NCBI GenBank assembly: GCA_951406725.2
Contig: OX597825.1
Location: 60,822,001 to 60,886,000, forward strand
Direction of reading: 5' to 3'
From: Octopus vulgaris
Taxonomy: Eukaryota
Length of the DNA: 64,000 nt
A program made the translations under genes and the position numbers. This document shows positions 1 through 12,583 of the stretch, piece by piece. How positions within the stretch are numbered: position 1 is the first letter of the stretch; the number at the start of each line of letters is the position of its first letter. The notes under the pieces are model-generated. The model was not told the DNA's origin and ran no database searches. It worked only from the letters and a program-made list of their open reading frames with translations.

Positions 1-234
1 GACATTCAGAGGGTTCTAGGAGCATTGATATCTGGTACTCATGGTTCCACTCGAGTCCTGTGTTTTTTTTTACATTTCAAATAGAACTACATTTGCTAAT
101 GTCCTTTTTCTCGGTGGAATTTGGACGGAGAATTAACTGATATTTCTAGCAAATCTAGCTAGCTTGTTGGATTATTCTTGACAGTTCTGTATAGAATTAG
201 AACAAGTAAATTTTGGACGACGTTATTCCTGCCG

Positions 235-575
235 TGTCTGAGACCCCCTTCAGTCACGATACAGACCATAGGATTTCACCTAGAAAGTTACCCTCCCAGG
301 CATAAGTCTGGGAAAAGTTGTTTATGGAAGACCTGCAGTCGCCCATACTTACCAACCTACCCTCTCCACGCCACCGGTGTTATCCAAGGGAAAAGGCAAA
401 GGCCGATACAGCTTCGCACCTGTGACGTCGCAACTCATTTCTACAGCTGAGTGAACTGGAGCAACGGGAAATAAAGTGTCTTGCTCAAGAACACAACACG
501 CAGCTCGGTCCGGGATTCGAGCTCACAACCTCATGATCGTAAGCTCGACGCCCCAACTACTGAGCCATGCACCTT
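235..575 (-). mobile_element. tRNA-derived SINE, family C (tail variant 1)
   Basis: Minus strand begins GGTGCATGGCTCAGTAGTTGGGGCG...GAGCTCGAATCCCGG (A/B-box-like), then TGTGTTCTTGAGCAAGACACTTTATTTC shared with 19239-19558, 26495-26775 and 53035-53300. Confidence 0.8.
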
Positions 576-1131
576 CTTTGTGTGTACATCCTGTTTTATT
601 TTGAAACACAATCCGGACTACATTTTCCTATTTGTCGTTCATGTTCTTTTCACACACAGAAACACTCACTACACATACGCACGCGTACACACACATTCAC
701 ACTTGCACACTTATCTAATATTACACACTTATCTATGCCAAATTCTATGCCTATATCTTTGCTGAAGTGTCATACAGTCTGTATTGAAGAGTCTATCTCG
801 TTTTCATTCTTACTCAAAAGCTTCAGATCATCCATGTAGAGCAAATGGTTAATTTTCCCCTTACTGTTTCTGAACTGATACCCTGCCTTTGCCCTCCTTC
901 ATACTAAGCTGAGAGGTGGAGATCAAACATAGGACAAATATTAGAGGAGACAACGAGATCCATAGAAAATTCCTATTTTGATAATAACTTTTCCTAAAAG
1001 TGTGTCACCTGATCGACTTTCCTTTTCTTTATGCTACGGCTAATTAATTATCTTATGTTGTCTGATATACTGAATATACTCAAACATTCACTTATCCATG
1101 AGTGTGGGATCATGTCATAGGCTTCCCTCCT

Positions 1132-1139
1132 ATTATTAC

Positions 1140-1230
<91 letters not shown>

Positions 1231-1500
1231 GATGTTATTGTTATTATTGTTATTATTATTATTATAATTATTTTATCATTATTATTATTATTAGAGCCAT
1301 CATTGTCAATTTTGTTGTTGCTACTATTTTTAATTATTTATTTTATTTTCATTTTATTTCTTTTTTTTAATTTATATATCATTTCATTATTATGTGTAAT
1401 AATACCCCCACACTTAATGTCTATCTCTGTATTGTCCTCCTCATCTTTCGCCCTCGTGGCAAATAAATGAAGTCGTTACTATTATTATTATTATTGTTAC

Positions 1501-1581
<81 letters not shown>

Positions 1582-1582
1582 C
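1132..1582. repeat. (ATT)n/(GTT)n trinucleotide microsatellites
   Basis: Tracts at about 1132-1290 and 1478-1582; they generate the poly-I/V/N pseudo-ORFs. Confidence 0.97.
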
Positions 1583-1895
1583 ATCATAGAAACAAAATGG
1601 CATTGTCTTGAGTATATTCAAAATAAGGACAAATTTATTTTAAAGATCGAGAAGAAGTAAATTCCAAAAACAATATAGCAAATAGAAAGACACGAATATT
1701 ATAAGCATTGAATATAAGAATTCATTACACTCTCATGATTTCAAAATTCGAAGCAACATGACTAGTCTTGAAAATGCCATCATCAATATGAGCAAGTGTC
1801 AAATCAATTATTGGATGCTTTGAGTTTCAGTTTGGGTTCATTGGTTTTTCCAAAAGACTATTTACTTACATACGCACTCCTATACATTTATAATA

Positions 1896-1946
<51 letters not shown>

Positions 1947-1949
<3 letters not shown>

Positions 1950-2364
1950 TAAATTATTATTTTCATTGAAACTTCTTCACTGTTATCGTTCTGTTAACGT
2001 TTTGGCGTTCAGACGTGTGTACTGGCATAGATGTAGCAACATATGATATTTTGTCTAGGTATATGCAGCTGATGAGGACAACTCAAATCTATGTTGTCAA
2101 ACGTATTTGAAGAGTCTGAAACCGGTACTGCATTATCCGATTCTAGGTTTTCCATTTTGCAGATGTTCTTCCTAGAGGTAAGACAAATTTTTTTCATGTT
2201 TGTTGCACACACGCGTCTTTGGTAGTATATACGCAGGGAAACTATACAATAGCGTCGTATTTATTACGATTGCTGTTTTCCAGTAAATATCGGTGCCTCG
2301 TTGTACCATTTATTTACTTTTATATGTATAATTTTACCCTTACGGGCTATCTTTTACTGGAAAA
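1947..2364 (+). mobile_element. Short non-coding hammerhead-bearing element (solo Penelope pLTR or retrozyme-like) between two (TA)n tracts
   Basis: About 415 bp of unique sequence bounded by (TA)n at 1898-1946 and 2364-2428; contains the HHR at 2063-2133. Confidence 0.6.
2063..2133 (+). ncRNA. Type I hammerhead ribozyme, canonical core
   Basis: ATGCAG-CTGATGA-GGAC(...TCAAAT..ATGTT-GTCA-AACGT-ATTTGA...)GTCT-GAAA-CCGG-TA-CTGCAT: perfect 6-bp stem I, extended stem II, palindromic ACCGGT stem III, GUA cleavage triplet (after 2127). Confidence 0.88.
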
Positions 2365-2386
2365 TATATATATATATATATTTATT

Positions 2387-2417
<31 letters not shown>

Positions 2418-2428
2418 GTATATATATA

Positions 2429-2580
2429 GGCGTAGGAGTGGCTTGCTTACCAGCCACATAGTTTCGGGTTCAGTCGCACTGCGTGGCACATTGGGCAAGT
2501 GTCTTTTACTATAGCCTCGTGCTGACCAAAGCCTTGTGAATGGATTTGGTAGACGGAAACTGAAAGAAGCCTGTCGTATA
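2429..2580 (+). mobile_element. tRNA-derived SINE, family A, 5' half
   Basis: GGCGTAGGAGTGGC...GGGTTCAGTCGCACTGCGTGGCAC...GGATTTGGTAGACGGAAACTGAAAGAAGCC, shared with more than 10 copies in the window. Confidence 0.85.
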
Positions 2581-3162
2581 TATGCATATATGTATGTATG
2601 TATATGTGTATGTGTGTGTGTGTGTGTATGAGCTTATATGTACATATATATAGAGAGAGAGGGGGAGAAAGCGAGCGTGAGAGAGAGAGAGAGAGTGTTA
2701 TGCAAATAAATTGATATGTAAAATGGGTATGTAGACGTAGAGGGAAGAATACGAATCTAAATGCATGTTTGTGAATTTGACGATAGAAAAGCTATTAAAT
2801 ATGCAAAAGGAGAATGAGAGTGAAAGAGAGAAAGAGATACATAAAGACCACTGTGCATGAGAGAGAGAGAGAGAGATCGTAAGATAGCATATTGTGTTTG
2901 TCTTTTTTGTTTTTCTCTCCCAATAATCTTCTTTGGACTGAAGATCACTCATCCAAGCATTGCACTGCCTTAGCAACATAGTAACCTATATATTTTTTAT
3001 TGAACTAAATCCACCCTATTCAAAGGTGCATGATTCTGCAACAATTGTTGATGTTGCTTGCAGTGCAGGTTAATCCACCGAGATTTGCCCAGTCAACTTG
3101 ATAAAGTAGATTTATGCTTAAGCTTTCGTCCGTGCTTTCCTTTAGTTTTCTCTTCTTTTTGG

Positions 3163-3201
3163 TATATATACATATATATATATATATACATGCATGCATA
3201 C

Positions 3202-3258
<57 letters not shown>

Positions 3259-3400
3259 TATATACATATACATATACATATATATATGCATATATACACA
3301 TATATACATACATATATATATACATATTATATATATATACATATATGTATATATATATATACATATATATATATATACATACATATATATATATACATAT

Positions 3401-3454
<54 letters not shown>

Positions 3455-3967
3455 CATGTATGTGTGTATGTATATATATGTGTGTGTGTATGTGTGTGTG
3501 TGTGTGTTTGTGTGTGTGTTTTCAACATCCTTTTCGGTAATCACTCTCGTGATGATTTTATTCTTCGTACTTGTATTTTCGTTTGCATTTCTTTATTTAA
3601 TTTTACATTGATGACGATGAAGACGATAATCATGCTAACGTTGTGGATGCTGCTATGATTTTCTGCTGCCTCTCCTCGTTCTCCTCCTCATTCGCCTTCT
3701 CCTTCTTCTTCCTCATTCTGTTCCTCCTCCACCTTCCTCTTTCCTCTTCTTCTTCTTCTTCTTTTTCTTCTTCTTCTTCTTTTTCTCCTTCACCATCATC
3801 CTCATCATCATCATCGTCGTCATCATCATCATTACCAACATCCCCCTCCTCATTCTCATTATCAACATCCACTTCTTTTTTTCCTTTTTTTATCATCCTT
3901 CATAATAATAATAAGAAGAACAATAATAATAATAATAATAATAATGATAATAATAATAATAATGATG

Positions 3968-4029
<62 letters not shown>

Positions 4030-4153
4030 CACCTTATTCTTTTCTCCTTTTTTCTTCCTCCTTCTTCTCCTTCATCTTCTTCACTTTCTCTTTCTTTTCT
4101 TCTCCTTATTACTGTTGCTGCTGCTACTGTTGCTGTTACTATTATTATTATCA

Positions 4154-4222
<69 letters not shown>

Positions 4223-4225
4223 TAT
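3163..4225. repeat. Compound microsatellite region (TA/TACA/TG, CTT/CAT, AAT, ATT)
   Basis: Visible directly; source of many spurious ORFs. Confidence 0.95.
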
Positions 4226-5176
4226 AATCACTAGAGCGTGACTTGTTCAGCTTTAACTAAATATGATATTTACTTTTTAGTCACGCAAATTCGAAAACTC
4301 CATGGTGCAGCTTTATTTAAGCACAGACCTGATTATCTACCTCTTCTTCTACTATCCTTCTCTCTTTCTCTTTCTCTCTATCTGTCTGTTTGTTTCTCTC
4401 TCTCTCTCTCTCTCTCCCTTTCTCTCTCTCTTTCATTTTACTTTGGCTCCAACTTTGAAATACTTTAGGATCACCATTTATAAAACTTTGCTCATTCACA
4501 GATAAGATGCCCTCTAACCAAAACGGCCACAGCTTCGGAAGCGTCACGTAATGTTTGAAATTCTAATTTTTATAAAAGCATTAACACTCACAGAATGTTC
4601 CAAATCAAGTAAGTATTAACGCTACATAAAACGCAATTACTTTCAAGAATTTGGCATCGTCCATTATCCATTGCCATTACAACATAGCATTTCTTTTAAC
4701 TTCATTGTTTGTTTCGTGTGGATGCATATCGAAACGTTGCGGGAATCGTATACAGCAGATACCACGCAATGGTTCCCGTCTTGTGAACGTATTGTGGAAT
4801 CTTCAGATTAAATGGCACAGTTCGCCTAGCTGTAAACAGGTACGTACAAATCCCTGATGTAAACATTGAGAATCTTGTATTCTAGGAATGAAAAAAATAC
4901 CAGATTACTTGCTCTAAATACACCACTTGAGAGAGTATATAGGGCGCATCTATTATTTATTCCAAATATTTTTAAGAAATCCATTCGTGTGCTGTAACTA
5001 CACGGATATGTAATTAAAGTCGAAGTATTACATTGTATCTCCCTTGATATGTATGGTTTGAGTATTGAAGAATATTTTTTTTATTATTTTCGAGAGCATA
5101 AATTAAAGATGCAGAAATTATGGAGATCCCATCACACATACATGCATGCGCGCGCACATATACAATCACTCATATG

Positions 5177-5232
<56 letters not shown>

Positions 5233-5329
5233 GTGTATGTATATATACACCAATATGTGCCTCACATTGCAACATTATGGAATCAGTCTTTATTAATATA
5301 CAGAATCAGCAACTAGCAGAATTTGATTC

Positions 5330-6488
5330 TTATGAATGCCTGTTTTCAAACTGATGATTGTTCTGATCCCGTCACTGCCGTGAACGCGAGGCTGTGGAAT
5401 GGAAAATATCAATAAACATTTCATTCGATATTTGTACGCATTTTCGTCCAGTAACTAATCATATCTCATCGACTTACTGGTTTTGAACCTTAAACTGTGT
5501 ATACCCATATAAAAATATCTAGTGATGAACCGTCTGTTGAACACGGAGTGTATGCTACTGAATCACTTCCTCTAATGCACCTATTTAGCAAAATCACATC
5601 AATGTATGCACTTACATGACTATGGTAATGTGGTGGGGCTTTCAGGAAATAAAATACTCCATCTTGAAATAAAACCTTTCTAGACATAAAATACTCCATC
5701 TTCAAGTAAAATCTTTGTGCAAATAAAATATTCCATCTTCAAAGTCTTCTTGAATAATTGGCATGGCGCATATTGCCGCAACAAGTTCATGTAAATGGGA
5801 ACAGTGTTATTAACGGCAAAGACGAATGGTCCAATTAATTCTTTGCATAATGAACTACACCGTATTGCATCTTCTAGCAAATCAACGTGACGTTCGTCTG
5901 TAATACATGGCTTCTCAGGATCCCCCCAGTAGGTGTAATTTCGGCAATTAATTGAGCCATTTAATTTAAATATAACCTTTTCGCCCCAAATGAATTTTTG
6001 ATGGCAGCAGTGCATCTTCTCCATATCACATCAAGTACAATCATCTTGGATGAGTAAATGAGCGATACTTGGAATGCAACTTTTTCAATGATAATGCCAA
6101 AAAATATAATGGACGCTTGATTTTTTATTTCCTGTCACACGAATCGCTTATCCAACGAATTTTCATAAACTCTCGTCATACGTTTCTGTTTTCCTTTTCT
6201 TGCTTTGTGGCGATCGTCGATTTCCAGGCCAATTTTTGCGGACAATTCCCTCTGCTTCAATCATTTGACATTCAAGTATGTTCAAGTCGCGTAGTTGGGT
6301 CTGTTTGAAACTCTTTTATAAACTGTCTTTGAATTTCGGCTGCGATTTTAATCTTTCAGTAGCATTTTATGATAAATTTCCTTTGTTCATTTCTTATTTT
6401 AGCCTCCTTCCTTATTTCTAAGGAGTTAAATCTAAAGAGAAACGAAAAGAATGTCAAAGTGCGTATACTCTTTTTGACTTACACTATA
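5330..6488 (-). pseudogene. Degenerate Tc1/mariner (DD37D/maT-like) transposon relic
   Basis: ORF fragments FIWGEKVIFKLNGSINCRNYTYW, LIGPFVF and FQDG...APPHYH...YTPCSTD..SLDIFIW correspond to the WSDE..F.LNG.VN..N..YW, IIGPFFF, FQQDGAPPHY and PPRSPDL.PLDFFLW motifs. TIR-like TATAGTGTAAGTCAAAAAG near 6470-6488. Frameshifted. Confidence 0.8.
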
Positions 6489-8309
6489 TTAACACACACA
6501 ATTTGTATCGAGTGCTAAATTTTAGCGAACATATTCACACACATTTTGTGTTTTTCGATGTTTGCTTGTTGTTGTATTTGTGTGTGCTTGTGTGCGTGCA
6601 TGCGTGCTTGCGTGTGCGTGTTTATGTTTACTGCCGAAGAAGCTAGGATTGTGTTGAGAAATGTAATTTTGCTGTTCGGTAAATACAGTTTTATAATTTA
6701 TAAAATTTTTGACTAGAATAAATAATGGAATCAATATAAAGGACAAAGGCCGTCAATGCAGTGCTACAGCATGGCCCGCAATTCATTGACGAAAACCAGT
6801 AAATGAATAAAAGAAGAAAAAGAAATATCAACAGCACCAAGTAGAAGGAATTCTTTTTTGTCGTTTTACTTGGAGACATGTTTTGAGTAATGCATATCTC
6901 TAAGTAAAACGAGCAACGAATTGAATTAATATCTGTATTTGATTTCATATAAATGAAATTTCACTTGCGGGAAATTGTATTTCTGTGTTGGAAATAAAAC
7001 ACATGTAATCTCCGCGTTCATTCCAATCACCACCAGTACTAATATCATCTCGTTTCATTGTATACATTGCAGTGCATAGTAAAGAGATCAAAATCAAATT
7101 GAAGTCGAAATCAAATTTAAATTCAAATCTTGATGGAGTATATAAAAATCCTATTTAGATTGTAATTTAAATTTTGTTTCCGACAAGAATTTGATTCTGA
7201 GAGTCTTTTCTGTATGCTGATACCAATACGAAGAATGGAAATGATTTTTAGCAGCCTTCCACGTCACGCTATACGAGCATAACAGGAATGGCAGCTTTTT
7301 TTGCATTAGATTTATTTTTTTACAGCTGCTCAGGTCACAATTGCATAAATAACATTTCTATAAACTTTCACATACTGAGAATTTCTACTAATCACAGCCT
7401 GGCAGGTATTTTATTTACTTATCTTTAGCTATCATTTTATCTTTTTTTATACAGAGCCGATATTAGGCACGAGCTAAATGCAATCAGTTCTTTACGAGAT
7501 CTCTGGCAAGGCAAAGTTAATCCTTGTCGAAATTCGATCTGACTAAAATATCATAGTAATGGTTATGAATATTTTAGTCTGTCTCCCAGTTGCTTATTTC
7601 TGATTACTTCATCAAGTATATGCCAGATGTATGCGAAAGAAAAACCCAAGATTGAAACGTTGCTACTTGGTTTATGTATAAATTACTGATCTGTGGTGCT
7701 CTGTTTAGGTTGCATTTACAATTAGAGGTAAGTAAATCTCATACAACGAGCTAAATGAACCTGGACACTGCAAAATGGCACCGATGAAGACAGGCATAGT
7801 GTCTGAAGGTGTCGGCATCGTTAAGATGTCCAGTTGATCACTTTCTACACAATAAACAATAACTTTTAATCTGTTACATTTTGCTTCGTTCTTAAATGGC
7901 TTCTGATCGTTTTATCTTTGATAACATTTATTTCTCTCCGGTAGTGAGCAGGATACCAATATCTCCCACTATTACAGGGTTGTTATAACTTCTTTTCAGA
8001 ATCATTAAAGCTTATATTTGGACATGGTCCAAATTAGTAACCGTAAAGTATCCTACTCCTATGGTGGGGGATATGCATCAGTTATTTCACTTGATGTCTG
8101 TATCATTATAGACTCAATATTGCTAGTGCTGGTTTTATAAATATGATATTATCAGACTTCAAGAAATAGGATGTTAAAAGTCTTTAATTTCTTAATGTTT
8201 GAACCAAACAACTAAATGTGATAGATGCATGTGTATGTACGCATATGTGTGTGTGTGTGTGTGTGTACACACATATATGTATATATATTCAGTTCTAACT
8301 ATTGAATTC

Positions 8310-8718
8310 TCACTAATTGTGACAGGGGTTCCGGGTTGCACCTATATTGCTAGAAATAAGAGTTAAAAACCATTAGAGCCGCTAGAAAGCACATTTTTCA
8401 TATACTGACAGGGGAGAGAACCGTCTCACAGCGAGCGAGCGTGATCGCTTTGCTAGTCTAGTTTCACTTGAAAATTACAAGTTCATCAGTAGTGACTAGG
8501 CCTTTGTTGCATGGTTTGAGTAAACCCGGACTGTCAGTATATATATTTACCGTATGATTTTATTGATGACTCAGCAAAATGCTAATGTGAAAATTATAAG
8601 ATAACAAAAGCAGCTATACACAATATAAAACCAAAAATGAAAACTTCAGTTGTCACTAATTGTGACTGAAGGCTCCGGGTTGTACCTATATTACTAGAGA
8701 TAGTTATATAGGTGCAAC
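8310..8718 (-). mobile_element. Direct-repeat-flanked ~343-bp element with a hammerhead-like core
   Basis: About 50-bp imperfect direct repeats TCACTAATTGTGAC...CCGGGTTGYACCTATATTRCTAGARATA at 8310-8358 and 8653-8703; internal 12-bp inverted repeat 8400-8411/8531-8542. Confidence 0.65.
8453..8499 (-). ncRNA. Hammerhead-like motif (degenerate or atypical)
   Basis: Minus strand CTAGTC-ACTA-CTGATGA-ACTTG-TAATTTT-CAAGT-GAAA-CTAG-ACTAG: intact core and perfect 5-bp stem II; the stem I/III assignment is ambiguous. Confidence 0.55.
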
Positions 8719-8939
8719 TATACATTCGATCCTTTTTCCAAGAAATCTAATGCTCGTAGCTTAGTTTTTCCTTGGGGCTGGCCAGATCGGAGCAATCTCA
8801 AGATTAATCAGCCGAAATTGCGAGGATGATCCGGTTCTTGACTGAAGATTAGAGGCTTCGAATAACCCTTCCGTTTTTTGTATCGTCTATTTGAATGCTT
8901 TGCGTTCTTGTCCCATTTTGTATTTTTATATATATTTTT

Positions 8940-9054
<115 letters not shown>

Positions 9055-9268
9055 TATTTTACTTGTTTCAGGAATTTGACAGCGGCCATGTTGGAGAGAC
9101 TTTAGTGGAGCAAATCGACACATGACTTATTTTTTTGTAGCCGAGTAGTTATTTTATGGGAGCCTTTTGCCAAACCGTGTCGTTACGGGGACATAGACAC
9201 ATTATTAGCGGTTGTCTAGTAGTGGTTGAGGACAAACACAAGCACAAAAACTCACAAATTTATATATC

Positions 9269-9306
<38 letters not shown>

Positions 9307-9455
9307 CGAAGGGCTTCCTTTAGTTTCAGTCTACGAAATCCACTCACAAGGCTTTGTTCAGCTAGAGGCTATTACAGAGGTACTACACAGTGGGATTGAA
9401 CCTGGAACCATGCGGTTGGGAAGCAAGCTTCTTGTCACAAAGCCACGTCTGTGCC
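9055..9455 (-). mobile_element. SINE family A, full length, diverged
   Basis: Reverse complement of the head, internal microsatellite and 3' body seen at 31653-32065. Confidence 0.8.
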
Positions 9456-10887
9456 TCCTGGTTATATGTTTACATAAATTCTAAAGTTAAGAAATGAAAC
9501 CTAATCTTGCAAATTTTCATTGTTTTAAATACACCCGCTTTGATTTACATAATGAGTATGTATAAAATATGTGTGTTTCTTAGTTGCCATCCAAAACATT
9601 AATTTTCATTTGGCAAATGCATTAAAGCAAGGGTGCAATTTTCGGTAATAATTCTTGCTCCTTACAATCTGATTTCAAATTCCACCGAAAACAACTTCGA
9701 ATATTATTCGACGTGGATAAAATACCAGTCCTCTATATGTTCTTCTCTTCACCCAGTTTGTTTTCTCTTTCCAAATTTCTCTCTCTCTCTGGAAAAATCC
9801 AGGAGATCAGCACTAAAGAGGGATATCATCAGAGTTACTAATACACCATTGAGTTTCTGAGGACATAAAGAAAGGATTAACCAGTGCTACCAAATTAAAA
9901 ACGTGTGAGAATTAGGTGTGTGTGTGTGTGTGTGTCCATGCGTATACATATATGTATGAATCGATATTATAATGGAGAAAGCTGCTTATTATTTAGATAT
10001 GTAAAAGCTATTATTTAAGGCTTGACCGTCTTGATATTTTGTTATGAATTCATGTTACAAGAAATTTCAGCTAATTTCTGAAGATTATTGAATATTTAAA
10101 TTACAAGTTTTTCACAAATTTAAATATTCATTGCATTCTCTACGGAATAGATTTTAATGCTTGATAATCAACATTATTCATTTGTAAAATTCTCTCTCTC
10201 TCTCTCTCTCTTTGTCGCCTCTATTTTCATTAATGATAATTTCATATACATTCATTTCAATGTTTTCATTTCAGGTTTTAATTCGCTGTTTGCAAATTGC
10301 AAAACAATCTCTCATTCCCTCTCACCCGCCTCTAATTGTTTTCATGAATAATAATTTTCTTAATATATATTCATTGCAATTTCTTAATTTCAAGTTTTAT
10401 TTGTTATTTCAGATGAGAAAACCAGGTATTTTGTTAACTTAAATTCGCTGCCCTCAGTTCATTGTTTATACATACTGGAAAACATTATATTAGACAACTT
10501 ACCAAAACTTGCTGAAGCTTCGAAATCATGTGCCTTATTTCCCTTCCGTTGTTTTCTAAGAATTAGCCAGTCAATTGGTTGCTATGGCTATTTGTTACGC
10601 TATTGATGTTAAAATATATCTATGTCATCGCTGCAATGTTTTTGCTCACTAAATGCAGTTGAACGAACTTGATGTTTCTTTCAGAAAGAGAGATTATGAC
10701 TCTGATAAAATAATGAAAGCAATATTTACTAAGCAAGTAAGCATTATTATACAAAGAAATAACTAGATGTAAAATATATAAATTATTAGAATTAGGAATC
10801 AAATGGGAAAATATCAAGCGGCCAGTAGAAAACCACCCGGAGGGCGGTCTTTCTGCTAGTACATATACTTGCATAAGGTGAGAAAGT

Positions 10888-10911
10888 CTTTTACGTTTCG
10901 AGCCTAGGCTC

Positions 10912-10916
<5 letters not shown>
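10888..10916 (-). ncRNA. 5'-truncated hammerhead remnant
   Basis: Minus strand ATGA-A-GAGC-CTAG-GCTC-GAAA-CG-TA-AAAG; the CUG and the 5' arm of stem I are replaced by the adjoining (TA)n tract. Confidence 0.6.
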
Positions 10917-11004
<88 letters not shown>

Positions 11005-12125
11005 TAGTGTGTATGAGTGTGTGTGTGAGTGAGTGTGAGTGTGTGTTTGCGAGTGTCTGTTTTTCCTTTAATTTTTTCTTGTTCACATCAACAAATAAGC
11101 CAATGTGGTACTCAGTGTGTGGTTGTTCAATTTGCTAGAAATAACAGTCAAATCTCCTTCCTACTATGCACTTGTTAGTATTAGGAAAGGGAAAATGTTT
11201 ACTCCTCTCCATCATTGCGATTAAAATTAATATTTTTGATTTTGTTATACTCTATGAATTTAATTCTGTTTAAATGCTTCTGAGCATTGCTTGATACAGG
11301 ATATTGAAAAATCCTGACCAAAACAGAAATTCTTAACAAAAAATATAGAAAGAGAAAGAAAAGATTCTGTTTTCCAAAGCCAAAAGATGTGATCTTAGCT
11401 GGGGTGTAATTTTATAATTTAAAAAAATTCACAATTTAAAATTCAAAATATAAGATCACGTTATCTGGTTTATAGCCGCAGTTCAAATGGGTACAAAACG
11501 TAAAACAAATGTGTGTGCGTGTAGTTGGGTCTTTAATAGCCAGGGGTCAATTTAAGTTCTATCGCAGAAAAGAATTCAAAACGGCAACACACGCAATCAT
11601 ATACATACAAACATACCCATACACACACACACACGCACACGCAAATGCATTCCTATCAACCACTCTGAAATGCCAGTTTGATCCAAAATTCTGACCACCA
11701 TTCATTATATATTTGCACACAAACACACACACACACAGATACACAGACACACACACATTTAGCTTTTCGCTTTTATTCATTACTTTCTTTTCTTTTAATA
11801 CTATGTCACTATTCATTTGTTTTAGTTTTTGATTTTGTTTTGGGGGGTTTCACTTTAGCGACACCAGTTAAACATGGTGCATGGTCAAAGAGGAAAATGT
11901 GTTTTTTAAGTTTCTGAAAGTTTGAAACAAAAAGGCATGGTATTTTTTAAACCGACTGTCGCAAAGATGTGAAAATCTGCCAGTTAATTACTCGTTAATT
12001 TAAAATAGGCGTTCAATCGTATAATTATATAATAATATAAATAATGAATATATATATGTATATATATATATATATGTGCGTGTGTGTATATATATATACA
12101 TACGTATATGTACATACATCTATAC

Positions 12126-12206
<81 letters not shown>

Positions 12207-12244
12207 TAGATAAGAAAGTTTGTTTGGTAAAGCACGTGGGTGAA

Positions 12245-12583
12245 TATATAAGAAAATAGTAAAGTGTGAAAAAACGACAGAAGGCTTAAATGTTAAAAAA
12301 TATATATATTTGTGTCAAAATGTCTGGAGAATATTGGAAAAATTTTTTTTTCCCTTTCCTTAAAATGACATAATTTTAAAATTTTTAAAGAAATTACCGG
12401 TTTCGCGTGTAGCTTTTCAAATTTCTTGTGACGTTATGTTTATATTGCATGGAATTATCGTTGTTTTTATTTCCAGGAGATTTCTAAATAAGGGGAGGTA
12501 GTGAGTGATTTTTTCCGGTGTAGGGGAGATAATCGCTTAAAAAATTTTTTTCCCATTTCCTTGTTAATTTCTCTGTGTCAGTA
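12245..12583 (-). repeat. 3' pseudo-LTR of the Penelope-like element
   Basis: Reverse complement of 14031-14368 apart from homopolymer-length differences; overlaps the ORF stop codon. Confidence 0.95.
12388..12427 (-). ncRNA. Minimal type I hammerhead ribozyme, U3-A8 core variant
   Basis: AAGAAAT-TTGAAAA-GC-TACAC-GC-GAAA-CCGG-TA-ATTTCTT: perfect 7-bp stem I, 2-bp stem II, palindromic stem III; located in the pLTR as expected for Penelope-like elements. Confidence 0.82.

Noticed and set aside
7704-7735. Possible 19-nt microexon (TTTAG...GAG/GTAAGT)
   Set aside because: Splice-like motifs are frequent by chance; no recognisable coding partner and no transcript evidence.
7774-7820. Hairpin GCACC-GATGAA-GACA..TGTC-TGAA-GGTGT resembling a C/D box, K-turn or SECIS
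   Set aside because: Too short, box C is imperfect, and there is no gene context.
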